Assembly: GCA_045534555.1 (NCBI GenBank)
Contig: JAZSJW010000002.1
Span: 15,828 to 79,827 of the forward strand
DNA from: Clostridia bacterium
GTDB taxonomy: Bacteria > Bacillota > Clostridia > Christensenellales > UBA1242
Direction: 5' to 3'
Length of the DNA: 64,000 nt
Shown here: one piece after another, positions 17,666 through 26,418 of the stretch
How the letters are laid out: each line of letters begins with the position of its first letter
Position numbering within the stretch: the first letter of the stretch is position 1
Program-made: the position numbers and the translations under genes
The notes under the pieces: generated by a model
What the model was told of the DNA's origin: nothing
Databases searched by the model: none
The model's input: the letters and a program-made list of their open reading frames with translations, nothing else

Positions 17666-20026
17666 TTAATTGTTCCAATTCCATTCTGAAACTTCAGGCA
17701 TGTCAATTCCATATTCAACAATATATTCTTGATGAGCTTTAAGTTTTTCATTCATGGCTTTTGTTATTTCTTCTTTCTTTTTCTTTGGTAAATCAATATA
17801 TTTAATCACTCTTAGAAGAGTATGATATCTATCTATATGATTTCTAACCCTCATATCAAAAGGTGTTGTTATTGTTCCCTCTTCAACATAGCCAGCAACA
17901 TGTAAATTTTCATTTACCCTATTATAAGTTAGTTGATGTATAAGTTGTGGATAACCATGGAAATTAAATATAATTGGTTTATCTTTAGTAAACAATTTAT
18001 CATACTCATTATCTGTCATACCATGTGGATGCGACTTATCTGACACCAATTTCATAAGGTCTACAACATTAACAAATTTCACATTTAATTCTGGTAAATA
18101 TTCCTTTATTAAAGAAACTGTAGCAATTGTCTCTAAAGTTGGTGTATCACCACAACAAGCTAAAACAACATCTGGATTTCTTGTATCATTCAGACCAGCC
18201 CACTTCCACTCACTAGCTCCTTTTTCACAATGTTCTTTAGCTTCTTTCATTGTTAGCCATTGGAATGACGGATGCTTAGATGCAACTATTACATTTACAT
18301 AATTTTTAGTTTTTGCACAGTGATCGTAACACGAAATAAGACAATTTGCATCTGGTGGCAAGTACATTCTAACAACGTCTGGTTTTTTATTTGTTATATG
18401 ATCTAAAAATCCCGGGTCTTGATGAGTAAAACCATTATGGTCTTGCTGCCAAGTGTGACTTGTTAAAATTAAGTTAAGTGAAGAAATAGGTTTTCTCCAT
18501 TCAATTTCATTACAAACTTTCAACCATTTTGCATGTTGAGCTACCATACTATCAACCACTCTGATAAAAGCTTCATAACTGTCAAACATACCATGTCTAC
18601 CAGTCAACAAATACCCCTCAAGTAACCCCTCGCTCATGTGCTCAGAAAGATAAGAATCCATAATTCTTCCGTTTGTTGATAAATCTTCATCTGTATCTAA
18701 AATTTCCGCATTAAATGAACGTTTTTCAACTTCAAAAGCACTATACAACCTATTACTTTTCGCTTCGTCAGGGCTAAATATTCTATAGTTTTGATTTTCT
18801 TTGTTTAGCACAAATAAATCACGAATATATCTACCAAGTTCTTTCATATCTTGGACTTTTGTTTTGCCTCTGCCATCAATTTTTACTTCGTATTCATCAA
18901 TATTTGGAGTTATAATATCTTTAAGTAATAATCCACCGTTAGCATATGGACTTGCAGTCATTCTTTTGTTGCCTTTAGGCAAAATTTCAAATATATCCTT
19001 TCGCAATTTATAGTTTTCGTCAAAAAGCTCTTCTGGTCGATAACTTAAAAGCCAATCTTCTAACAAACTTAGATGTCCTGGCTCAGTCATTGTAATTGGT
19101 ATTTGGTGTGCACGAAAACTATTTTCAATCTGTTTTCCATCGACATATTCTGGACCAGTCCAACCCTTTGGTGTTCTTAAAACAATCATCGGCCAGTAAA
19201 TGCCCGTTACTTTACCATATTTTCTGGCATCATTTTGGATTTTCCTAATCTCTTCAATACATTCGTCCATAGCTACAGCCATCAACTTATGCATTTTTAC
19301 AGGATCATCACCTTCAACAAAATGAGGCTTGTATCCATAACCTTCCATAAATTTTTGAAGATCTTTTTTCGGTATTCTTGAAAGCACCGTTGGGTTTGCA
19401 ATTTTATAACCATTCAAATGAAGAATAGGAAGAACTGCACCGTCAGTTTTAGGGTTAATAAATTTATAACCATGCCAAGATGTAGCAAGAGGTCCTGTTT
19501 CTGCTTCTCCATCACCTACAACCACTGTTGCTATTAAATTTGGATAATCTAAAACAGCACCAAAAGCATGAGCAAGTGAATATCCAAGCTCACCACCTTC
19601 ATTTATTGAGCCAGGTGTTTCTGGAACACAATGAGAACCTATGCCACCAGGAAATGAAAATTGCTTACAAAGCCTAGCCATTCCTATTTTATCTAAAGAC
19701 ACTTCAGGGTAAACCTCTGAGTAAACACCCTCTAAATAGCTATTGGCTGTCAAGAAATTTCCACCATGACCAGGACCTGATATAAAAATCATGTCTAAAT
19801 CATACTTAGTGATAACTCTATTACAATGTGTGTAAATAAAGTTTTGTCCAGGTACCGTTCCCCAATGCCCAACCAATTTTTTCTTAATATCCGCTTCACA
19901 TAATTTGTGGTCACGAAGAAGTGGATTATCTAATAAATACAATTGAGCCGCTGATAAATAGTTAACAGCTCTAAAATATTCATCTAATTTTTTTAAATAT
20001 TTCTTATCAAGTAATTTTTTATTCAT
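17666..20026 (-). CDS. xfp: Xylulose-5-phosphate/fructose-6-phosphate phosphoketolase
   Basis: Phosphoketolase signatures are present (GHWGT.PG, EGGELGYSL, GDGEAETGP). The ATG at 20026 follows AAGAGGT, and the track's longer start is unlikely. Confidence 0.93.
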   Translation of the reverse strand: MNKKLLDKKYLKKLDEYFRAVNYLSAAQLYLLDNPLLRDHKLCEADIKKKLVGHWGTVPGQNFIYTHCNRVITKYDLDMIFISGPGHGGNFLTANSYLEGVYSEVYPEVSLDKIGMARLCKQFSFPGGIGSHCVPETPGSINEGGELGYSLAHAFGAVLDYPNLIATVVVGDGEAETGPLATSWHGYKFINPKTDGAVLPILHLNGYKIANPTVLSRIPKKDLQKFMEGYGYKPHFVEGDDPVKMHKLMAVAMDECIEEIRKIQNDARKYGKVTGIYWPMIVLRTPKGWTGPEYVDGKQIENSFRAHQIPITMTEPGHLSLLEDWLLSYRPEELFDENYKLRKDIFEILPKGNKRMTASPYANGGLLLKDIITPNIDEYEVKIDGRGKTKVQDMKELGRYIRDLFVLNKENQNYRIFSPDEAKSNRLYSAFEVEKRSFNAEILDTDEDLSTNGRIMDSYLSEHMSEGLLEGYLLTGRHGMFDSYEAFIRVVDSMVAQHAKWLKVCNEIEWRKPISSLNLILTSHTWQQDHNGFTHQDPGFLDHITNKKPDVVRMYLPPDANCLISCYDHCAKTKNYVNVIVASKHPSFQWLTMKEAKEHCEKGASEWKWAGLNDTRNPDVVLACCGDTPTLETIATVSLIKEYLPELNVKFVNVVDLMKLVSDKSHPHGMTDNEYDKLFTKDKPIIFNFHGYPQLIHQLTYNRVNENLHVAGYVEEGTITTPFDMRVRNHIDRYHTLLRVIKYIDLPKKKKEEITKAMNEKLKAHQEYIVEYGIDMPEVSEWNWNN

Positions 20027-20116
20027 TTTTCTACCTCTTAGTATTATTATACACAAACAACCTTTCAAATAAAAACAAAAAAACTAGTTTTATGAAAATA
20101 AAAAGCACTAAATTTA

Positions 20117-20617
20117 TTATTTAGCGCCTTTTTTAATTAATCTTAACTCATATAAATAATATTGATGACCGTAACGAACTGTTTCTCCACAATTGTAAAA
20201 ACCGAACTTTTTATAAAGTTTTTTTGCATTTTCATTATTTTTTCCGACTAAAATCCTTACACCATCAAACCCTTGATTTTTTAATTCATTTAAAATAAAA
20301 TCTAGAAGTTTTGTTGCCACACCTTTATTTTGAAACTTTGGTGAAACACCAATTCTTGCAAAAGTTCCTCTTCTTTCAAAAGTATCCTTCCAAGAAAAAT
20401 CTTCTTCACCATCTTCACACCTCTGCCCTGCAAAGCATACAGCAATTATCTCTCCGCCTTCAATCACCCCCCACAAGCCTTTTCTCTCAATATCAAATAT
20501 TATAAGTTCTTCACTTGGATAGCCATTATCCCAAAGTGTATAAGTGTTATTTCTAATGTCATCATATAAATTCACTATTTCATTAACATTTTCTTTTTCT
20601 AATCTTTTAATTTCCAT
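20117..20617 (-). CDS. GNAT family N-acetyltransferase
   Basis: GNAT motif A: IGVSPKFQNKGVATKLL. Confidence 0.8.
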   Translation of the reverse strand: MEIKRLEKENVNEIVNLYDDIRNNTYTLWDNGYPSEELIIFDIERKGLWGVIEGGEIIAVCFAGQRCEDGEEDFSWKDTFERRGTFARIGVSPKFQNKGVATKLLDFILNELKNQGFDGVRILVGKNNENAKKLYKKFGFYNCGETVRYGHQYYLYELRLIKKGAK

Positions 20618-20676
20618 ATTTTATCCTTATCAAATTGTAATATAAATTATAAATTGACTTGTCGTTGTTAAGATAA

Positions 20677-21702
20677 TTATCTTTGAATACTTGCATTTCC
20701 ATTTGAATTAATAAATTCTTCAACTTCTTTTTCTGAAAGTGTGGATACATCACCGTACAGAGTGTGTTCTAAAATTGATGTTGCAAGGCCAAAAGTTAAG
20801 GCATATTGTGGATTTTTATAATCTTTTAGTAATCCATGAATAACCCCTGAAGCAAAAGCATCACCACCGCCAATTCTATCATAGATTGAAAATCTTATTG
20901 GTCCTTCATTTTTATAGTTTCCATCTTTATCCACACAATATGAAGATAAAGAATTGTCACTAGCAGAATGTACAATTCTGTCAGTTCCAAAAATATAATT
21001 AATCTTAGTTTGAGAAATTAATTTTTTAGAAAGTTCCATTTTTTCTTGTGTCTTATTTTCACAAGCCTTATCAAGCTTTACTTCTAAAATTTCTCTAATA
21101 TCAAAGTCGTTTGCAAACAAAACATCAACATATGGTATAACCTTTTTAAAATATGGCTTAGCTTCATCAATACTTTTCCAAAGTTTAGAACGATAATTAA
21201 AATCAAAAGAAACTTTAACTTTATACTTTTCACAATATTCTAAACATTTAAACACCAATTTTCTAACATGATTTCCTAAAGCTAAAGTAATCCCAGATAA
21301 ATGGAACCATTGTGCACGTGAAAACACTTTATCAAAATCAATTTCTTCTGGTTCAATAGTTGTAACAGAAGAATGTTTTCTATTGTATAAAACCTTAGAT
21401 GGTCTACCCCCAAATCCTGTTTCAACGAAATACATTCCAAGATTTGAACCACCTCTATAAATATTTTCTGTATGAACCCCATGCGCCTTTAAATGCTTTA
21501 TAGCAGAATCGCCAAGTTGATTATCTGGAAGTTTTGTTATAAATTCTGTTTCGTGGCCAAGATGAGAGAGAGAAACTAGAACATTCGCCTCTCCGCCGCC
21601 ATAATTTGCAATAAAATTTCTTGCTTGAGAAATGGTTGTGTAATCTGGAGGGGTAAGTCTTAGCATAATTTCCCCAAAAGCAATAATTCGTTTATTATTC
21701 AT
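20677..21702 (-). CDS. kdgK: 2-dehydro-3-deoxygluconokinase / PfkB-family sugar kinase
   Basis: PfkB features are present (FGEIMLRL N-terminus, GGGDAFASG near the C-terminus). The ATG at 21702 follows GGAGG. Confidence 0.8.
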   Translation of the reverse strand: MNNKRIIAFGEIMLRLTPPDYTTISQARNFIANYGGGEANVLVSLSHLGHETEFITKLPDNQLGDSAIKHLKAHGVHTENIYRGGSNLGMYFVETGFGGRPSKVLYNRKHSSVTTIEPEEIDFDKVFSRAQWFHLSGITLALGNHVRKLVFKCLEYCEKYKVKVSFDFNYRSKLWKSIDEAKPYFKKVIPYVDVLFANDFDIREILEVKLDKACENKTQEKMELSKKLISQTKINYIFGTDRIVHSASDNSLSSYCVDKDGNYKNEGPIRFSIYDRIGGGDAFASGVIHGLLKDYKNPQYALTFGLATSILEHTLYGDVSTLSEKEVEEFINSNGNASIQR

Positions 21703-21968
21703 AAAAGCCTCCAATTATTGATTAGTGTTTGACAAATTAATTATACCATCTATATTTACTTCTTTCAAACAAAAAACATATTTACATCAAATTAAAACTC
21801 TAAAAACTATTCGCAATTGAACCTCTGTTTACATTTTTAATTTCTTAGTTATGTTTTTATTAAATCATATTTTATTTGATTTATAATCATCTCTCATTTG
21901 TCTTTTTTGAACTATATTTACAAAAAATCTATTTTTTTTTATAAAACAATCAACAAATAAACAAAATT

Positions 21969-21978
21969 GTGGTATAAT
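21969..21978 (+). promoter_or_regulatory. Extended -10 promoter element upstream of the type II R-M cassette
   Basis: TGgTATAAT lies at 21970..21978, about 40 nt before the ATG at 22019. No good -35 was seen. Confidence 0.5.
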
Positions 21979-22018
21979 TTTTACATAAATTGATTTTTAG
22001 ATACAAAAGGGGCCATTA

Positions 22019-22645
22019 ATGCAAGAAAACAAGTTTATTTTTGATTGTTCTAAATGTCACAACCCTTGTGATGGTGTTAGTAAAGGAACTTATATATTTG
22101 AAAACGATACAGATTATTCTGAGCGCAAAGAAAATATGATTATTAATCAAATAAATACTCTTCCTGATTATAGGGCTGAAAAATGCACAAAAGATGGATA
22201 CCCAGACATATTAGTTCATCATATTCCAACCTCAAAAATTTTTTATATTGAAATTAAAGCACAAAGAAGAACCTTTATGGCAGTAAAAAAGAAATTACCA
22301 TATGCAGACTTGGAACCTTCTGAAACTGTAGCTTGTAATCTAAGCGATTTATTAAGATATATAAAAATCAGAAAAGAAACTCATGAAAAAATCTTTGTTT
22401 TGTGGTGTTTAGAAAATAGACCCTGTATTGTTGAGCCTGGAAAAACTAATTATTATTATCAAAATATAGATGAACTTGAAAAAATATATAATAAATATAA
22501 AGATAAAAGGAGATTTAGAAGAGAAAGCGGTTTTGGAGATGTGGTCAACGGTCAACACAAAGGTGTTGTCGTTAATTACCATTTTAGCCTTAACGAATTT
22601 AAAGAAATGCATCTTCTTGAGTTATTAAAAAGGGGAATAATCTAA
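22019..22645 (+). CDS. PD-(D/E)xK nuclease-fold protein with an N-terminal Cys cluster (accessory or second restriction subunit?)
   Basis: YPDILVHHIPTSKIFYIEIK gives D-x14-E-x-K. A CxxCxxxC cluster sits at the N-terminus. The stop overlaps the next ATG (ATGA at 22645). Confidence 0.5.
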   Translation: MQENKFIFDCSKCHNPCDGVSKGTYIFENDTDYSERKENMIINQINTLPDYRAEKCTKDGYPDILVHHIPTSKIFYIEIKAQRRTFMAVKKKLPYADLEPSETVACNLSDLLRYIKIRKETHEKIFVLWCLENRPCIVEPGKTNYYYQNIDELEKIYNKYKDKRRFRRESGFGDVVNGQHKGVVVNYHFSLNEFKEMHLLELLKRGII

Positions 22646-23499
22646 TGATTGATTCATATCAAAATTTTGCAGATAAATTAAATAATAAAATTAGAAATGG
22701 TGTCGACTTTTATAAAGAAATTCTTTCTACAATTATTAAAAATCCATATAGATATGCCGGTTTATATAGACTTTCAAATGCTAAAACAAAACTATTACAA
22801 AACATAACTCAAAGCCGAGAGATTAAATTTGGAGACTTCATGGAAGACATTATTACTGATTATTTAGCTCTTCGCGGTTTTTCTAATAAACCAAAAAATC
22901 TCGGCAAAAATATCGATGGAGACGAATTATCAGCAGATCAAATATGCGTAAAAAACAACATTTTATATTTTGTTGAGCAAAAAATTAGAGATGACCACGA
23001 TAGCACAAAAAAACGCGGGCAATTTGCTAATTTTGAAAAGAAAATTAAGCATCTCAAATCTCTATACCCACAATATAACTTAAAAGCATACATGTGGTTT
23101 ATTGATGATAGCTTACACAAAAACAAAAAATACTATGAACAGCAAATCGAACAAATTCAGTCTGTTTATACAGATGTTGAGATAGGCTGTTTATATGGAG
23201 ACGATTTGTTTATTAGCGTATTTAATGATGTCGACTTGTGGGAAGAAATAAAATCTTACTTATCTATATATAAATCGCAAAATGCAAATAATATTAATAT
23301 TCCAAATTTAGATACAGACAATACCGTACTTGATGCGATGAAAAAACTGTCTGCTAATGAACTAAAAAAAATTACCTCAAATAAAGATATTTATGTTCTA
23401 ATACGACAAGAACTATTCCCTACCGAACATAATTTTAGAAAATTAAAACAACATTTTACAAATATTGGTGATGCTAGGGCAAGCAAAATCAATATCTAA
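22645..23499 (+). CDS. Putative type II restriction endonuclease
   Basis: GDFMEDIITDYL followed by ADQICVKNNILYFVEQK (D-x12-E-x-K) resembles the catalytic layout of PD-(D/E)xK type II enzymes. The gene is directly upstream of the methyltransferase. Confidence 0.55.
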   Translation: MIDSYQNFADKLNNKIRNGVDFYKEILSTIIKNPYRYAGLYRLSNAKTKLLQNITQSREIKFGDFMEDIITDYLALRGFSNKPKNLGKNIDGDELSADQICVKNNILYFVEQKIRDDHDSTKKRGQFANFEKKIKHLKSLYPQYNLKAYMWFIDDSLHKNKKYYEQQIEQIQSVYTDVEIGCLYGDDLFISVFNDVDLWEEIKSYLSIYKSQNANNINIPNLDTDNTVLDAMKKLSANELKKITSNKDIYVLIRQELFPTEHNFRKLKQHFTNIGDARASKINI

Positions 23500-23512
23500 C
23501 TAGGAGAAATTA

Positions 23513-24583
23513 ATGGACTACATAAATAAAATTCTGCAAGGCGACTGTATTGAAATACTAAAACAATTACCAGATAATTCAATGGATTTAATCTTTGCAG
23601 ACCCACCATATAACATGCAACTTGAAGACGACCTTATAAGATATGAAGGAACCAAGTTTGACGGTGTTAATGATGACTGGGATAAATTCCCTACCCTTGA
23701 AGCATATGCAGATTTTTGCACACAATGGATATCTGAATGTAAGCGAGTACTTAAAAAGAATGGTTCTCTTTGGATTATTGGCTCCTTCCAAAATATATAT
23801 AAAATCGGAAGCATTTTACAAGATATGGGTTTTTGGATTATAAACGATATCGTTTGGGCTAAATCTAATCCCGTACCAAACTTTAGCGGCACAAGATTTA
23901 CTAACGCACACGAAACTCTCTTATGGGTTGTAAAAGATAAAAAATCAAAACCAACATTTAATTATAAAACCATGAAAGATTATAATGGTGGAAAACAAAT
24001 GAAATCTGTGTGGGAAATTCCTCTTTGCACAGGAAATGAACGAATTAAGGATAAGGACGGCCACAAAGTTCACTCAACTCAAAAACCTGAAGAAATACTA
24101 AAAAGAGTAATTTTATCCACTAGTAAAGAAGGAGACATTGTGCTAGATCCATTTTTTGGAACAGGTACTACTGGGGCTGTTGCTAAAAAATATAATCGAA
24201 ATTTTGTTGGTATTGAAATGGATAAATCTTATTGTGAAGTTGCTGAACAAAGAATTAACAATATCAAAATTGAAGATTTGTCATATTTTAGAAAGCTAGA
24301 AGAAAAACCTGCAAAAGTAACCCATAAAAATTTGTTAGAAAAAAATATGATTTCAATTAATGAGACTTTATATTCTCCAGACGGAAAAATACAGGCAACA
24401 TGGAAAGAAGATAGCTACGTTGATCTAGAAAACGAACACCTAAGTATACATATTGCAGCAGCTAAATGTCTAAATAGAACTAATTATAATGGTTGGACAT
24501 ACTGGCACATAATAAGAGACGGAAAGTTAATTTTAATAGACAATTTACGAGCAGACTACAGAAAAAAATTTTGTAATAAGTAG
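23513..24583 (+). CDS. Beta-class N6-adenine DNA methyltransferase, CcrM/M.HinfI-like
   Basis: Motif IV IFADPPYN precedes motif I DPFFGTGTTG, which is the beta order. From memory, the protein is colinear with CcrM-type blocks (GFWIINDIVWAKSNPVPNF, IPLCTGNERIK, HSTQKPEE) and with the C-terminal NGWTYWH domain. Confidence 0.85.
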   Translation: MDYINKILQGDCIEILKQLPDNSMDLIFADPPYNMQLEDDLIRYEGTKFDGVNDDWDKFPTLEAYADFCTQWISECKRVLKKNGSLWIIGSFQNIYKIGSILQDMGFWIINDIVWAKSNPVPNFSGTRFTNAHETLLWVVKDKKSKPTFNYKTMKDYNGGKQMKSVWEIPLCTGNERIKDKDGHKVHSTQKPEEILKRVILSTSKEGDIVLDPFFGTGTTGAVAKKYNRNFVGIEMDKSYCEVAEQRINNIKIEDLSYFRKLEEKPAKVTHKNLLEKNMISINETLYSPDGKIQATWKEDSYVDLENEHLSIHIAAAKCLNRTNYNGWTYWHIIRDGKLILIDNLRADYRKKFCNK

Positions 24584-24595
24584 AAAACAAAAAAA

Positions 24596-24624
24596 CAGCA
24601 GGCATTATCCGCCCGCTGTTTTTT
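24596..24624 (+). terminator. Rho-independent terminator. It acts on the + strand after the methylase and is also the likely original terminator of the split tRNA on the - strand.
   Basis: The hairpin CAGCAGGC-attatcc-GCCCGCTG is followed by TTTTTT, and an A-run precedes it. Confidence 0.7.
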
Positions 24625-24668
24625 GGTGTAACCGAGACGATTCGAATGTCCGACCTGCCGCTTAGGAG
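24624..24668 (-). pseudogene. 3' part of a disrupted tRNA-Arg(CCU), from the anticodon loop to CCA (attR-like junction)
   Basis: The reverse strand reads CTCCTAA GCGGC AGGTC GGACA TTCGAAT CGTCT CGGTTAC A CCA. It pairs with the 5' half at 37413..37452. Confidence 0.8.
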
Positions 24669-24963
24669 CGCTTCCCAGATGGAATTTTTATAACAATACT
24701 ATTAAACATTCGCAACTATTCAAACATAATAATACCTATCGTTATATGTATATTATATAAAAAATATCTTTTCTTGCAGACAGTATATATTTGGGTACTG
24801 CGTTGGTGACTTTTTAGGCAATTTTACGCTTTGGGTGACTTTTGCTCATTTTACTTCTTTTTATGATTGTGATAGTGACCATGAAAATGCACATGCTTAC
24901 TATTATCATTTTTATTAAAAGAAATATTGTTTGTTGTTTTCTTTACTTCAGTTTTTGGTTGTT

Positions 24964-25149
24964 TTAGTTCGGCATAAGCAATTTTGTTTCAACATTATTT
25001 TTATGTATTTTTTTATTGATATTGCTTATTTTCTTTTCGTCAAAAACAGGATCTAACTTTGAACGTTGATTTCTTAATTTTTGAGTAGAATTATCAGCTT
25101 TTCTAATTCTGTCTTGTGGTGATTTTTTACCAAATAATTTTTCAAACAT
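24964..25149 (-). CDS. Hypothetical small basic protein (61 aa)
   Basis: This is the last gene of a four-gene minus-strand operon. The ATG at 25149 follows GGAGGT. No motif was recognised. Confidence 0.5.
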   Translation of the reverse strand: MFEKLFGKKSPQDRIRKADNSTQKLRNQRSKLDPVFDEKKISNINKKIHKNNVETKLLMPN

Positions 25150-25164
25150 ACTTACCTCCAAATT

Positions 25165-25536
25165 TTATGCAAATTGGCGAAAACATCGCCATATTATTAA
25201 AGCTATAAGAGCGGTAATAGCCAAACCTAAAAGCAGCCACATCCACCAAACTGTACCAACAGTCATAAAGCCCAATACAAATAAATCAATAATAAAATAA
25301 ACTGCACAGTAAGCTATGCTTCCTAACCAAGGACATTCTCCAGGTATATAGAACAAACCAACAACAAAGAAAGAAACTGGAAAAAGTATAAGCCCAAATA
25401 ACCAATTAAAAGTTGTTGAGAAAAACCAATTAAGACTTTCAAATGGATTCGGCACAAAGAATTGTCTTATAAAATAACTAGCAGTGGAAATTGATCCATA
25501 TAAACTTAATTTTTTCATGAAATCATTATAGCACAA
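25165..25536 (-). CDS. Hypothetical integral membrane protein (3-4 TM)
   Basis: Hydrophobic segments run throughout and are Trp-rich (TVWWMWLLLGL). The start codon is uncertain. Confidence 0.55.
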   Translation of the reverse strand: MCYNDFMKKLSLYGSISTASYFIRQFFVPNPFESLNWFFSTTFNWLFGLILFPVSFFVVGLFYIPGECPWLGSIAYCAVYFIIDLFVLGFMTVGTVWWMWLLLGLAITALIALIIWRCFRQFA

Positions 25537-25557
25537 ATTCTTAAAATTTACAATATT

Positions 25558-25935
25558 CTACAGAAATTTTTTAAATCCGGTATATCTATTTGCAGTCGTA
25601 TATCTTTTCTCAACTTGTTCGCCGCCATTGTTTATAACTGCGCAATATCTCGCATATTTAAAAACTTCGCTATTAACAAGTATCATAATATCTGAAATCA
25701 CGCAGCAAAACATTAACACGTGCCACACTCCGTTATCGTCAACATACATATCTTTTTTATATTTGATTACATTGGGATCATCTTCAAGCAAATGACTTCT
25801 GAAATGAATAAACTCTAATTTTGGAAGATATATCGTCCTTTCAACAATATATTGAACTTCTTTACCTTTGTTTTTATCGGTTTTGTTTCTAATTAACTTT
25901 GGATCAGGTATTTTATAAAAGAAGCTTGCTTTCAT
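25558..25935 (-). CDS. Hypothetical protein; it resembles a family I recall from Firmicutes mobile elements (..SE..YARY.A.. motif)
   Basis: The motif NSEVFKYARYCAV is present. The start overlaps the upstream gene by 4 nt (ATGA). Confidence 0.55.
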   Translation of the reverse strand: MKASFFYKIPDPKLIRNKTDKNKGKEVQYIVERTIYLPKLEFIHFRSHLLEDDPNVIKYKKDMYVDDNGVWHVLMFCCVISDIMILVNSEVFKYARYCAVINNGGEQVEKRYTTANRYTGFKKFL

Positions 25936-26174
25936 AATTTTATCTCCTTGATTAACTCAATCGCAAAATCAAGCAACTGATCAGTTTCAATATCATGTAA
26001 ACTACTGACTTCCAAAGATAAATCAAAATATTCCTTCCATTTTTCTTTGCTAAATTCTTTAGTAAATTTATCTTCCATTTCAACAATCTTTGTTAACTGC
26101 AATTGATATTCTGCATTCATTTTTTGTTCTTGAAATCGCTCTTTGATTATTTGAATTATAGTTAGATTTTTCAT
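25932..26174 (-). CDS. Hypothetical small helical acidic protein (80 aa)
   Basis: The ATG at 26174 follows GGAGGGAG. This is the first gene of the four-gene operon. Confidence 0.55.
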   Translation of the reverse strand: MKNLTIIQIIKERFQEQKMNAEYQLQLTKIVEMEDKFTKEFSKEKWKEYFDLSLEVSSLHDIETDQLLDFAIELIKEIKL

Positions 26175-26236
26175 ACTCCCTCCATATCGCTTGACACTAT
26201 AAATCAAAAACCAACAAAAGCCAAGACAATTTCAAA

Positions 26237-26258
26237 ATTATATCATCACAATGATATA
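26237..26258 (-). promoter_or_regulatory. Extended -10 promoter overlapped by a perfect 8-4-8 inverted repeat (candidate operator)
   Basis: The reverse strand has TGaTATAAT (-10 at 26242..26237). The inverted repeat TATATCAT-caca-ATGATATA spans 26239..26258. Confidence 0.5.
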
Positions 26259-26284
26259 GTTTTTGTTTTTTAATGGATATAACA

Positions 26285-26334
26285 GCGCCCTCCTAAGCGA
26301 TAGGTCGGAGGTATAAGACACTACGGGAACACCA
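26285..26334 (+). pseudogene. Degenerate 3' fragment of a tRNA-Arg(CCU)-type gene, inverted relative to the other copies
   Basis: CCTCCTAAGCGATAGGTCGGA (26289..26309) is identical to the intact tRNA at 37209..37285 over 21 nt. The T-arm that follows is decayed, and the fragment ends ...CGGGAACACCA. Confidence 0.6.
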
Positions 26335-26386
26335 AATAAAAATTTTTATAAATTTTCTGAAATTATCAACAATTTTGAAATATATA

Positions 26387-26395
26387 TGCTATAAT
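26387..26395 (+). promoter_or_regulatory. Extended -10 element upstream of hsdM
   Basis: TGcTATAAT lies at 26387..26395, 24 nt before the ATG, and the RBS AAGGAG follows. Confidence 0.5.
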
Positions 26396-26418
26396 TAATT
26401 TATTATAAGGAGTAAAGT

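Noticed and set aside
21731-21760. TTGACA-n16-TATATT on the plus strand downstream of the kdgK start, considered as the R-M promoter
   Set aside because: It lies about 260 nt upstream of the first R-M gene. A closer extended -10 (21970..21978) is a better candidate. It cannot be distinguished without TSS data.
24808-24967. Two overlapping mini-ORFs encoding hydrophobic peptides in the attR-proximal spacer, considered as type I toxin candidates. One is on the minus strand (24909..24808, MIIVSMCIFMVTITIIKRSKMSKSHPKRKIA) and one on the plus strand (24863..24967, MIVIVTMKMHMLTIIIFIKRN...).
   Set aside because: Neither has a Shine-Dalgarno or a recognisable promoter. AT-rich DNA generates Ile/Phe-rich short ORFs readily. 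The same stretch is better explained by the repeated GGTGACTTT motifs.
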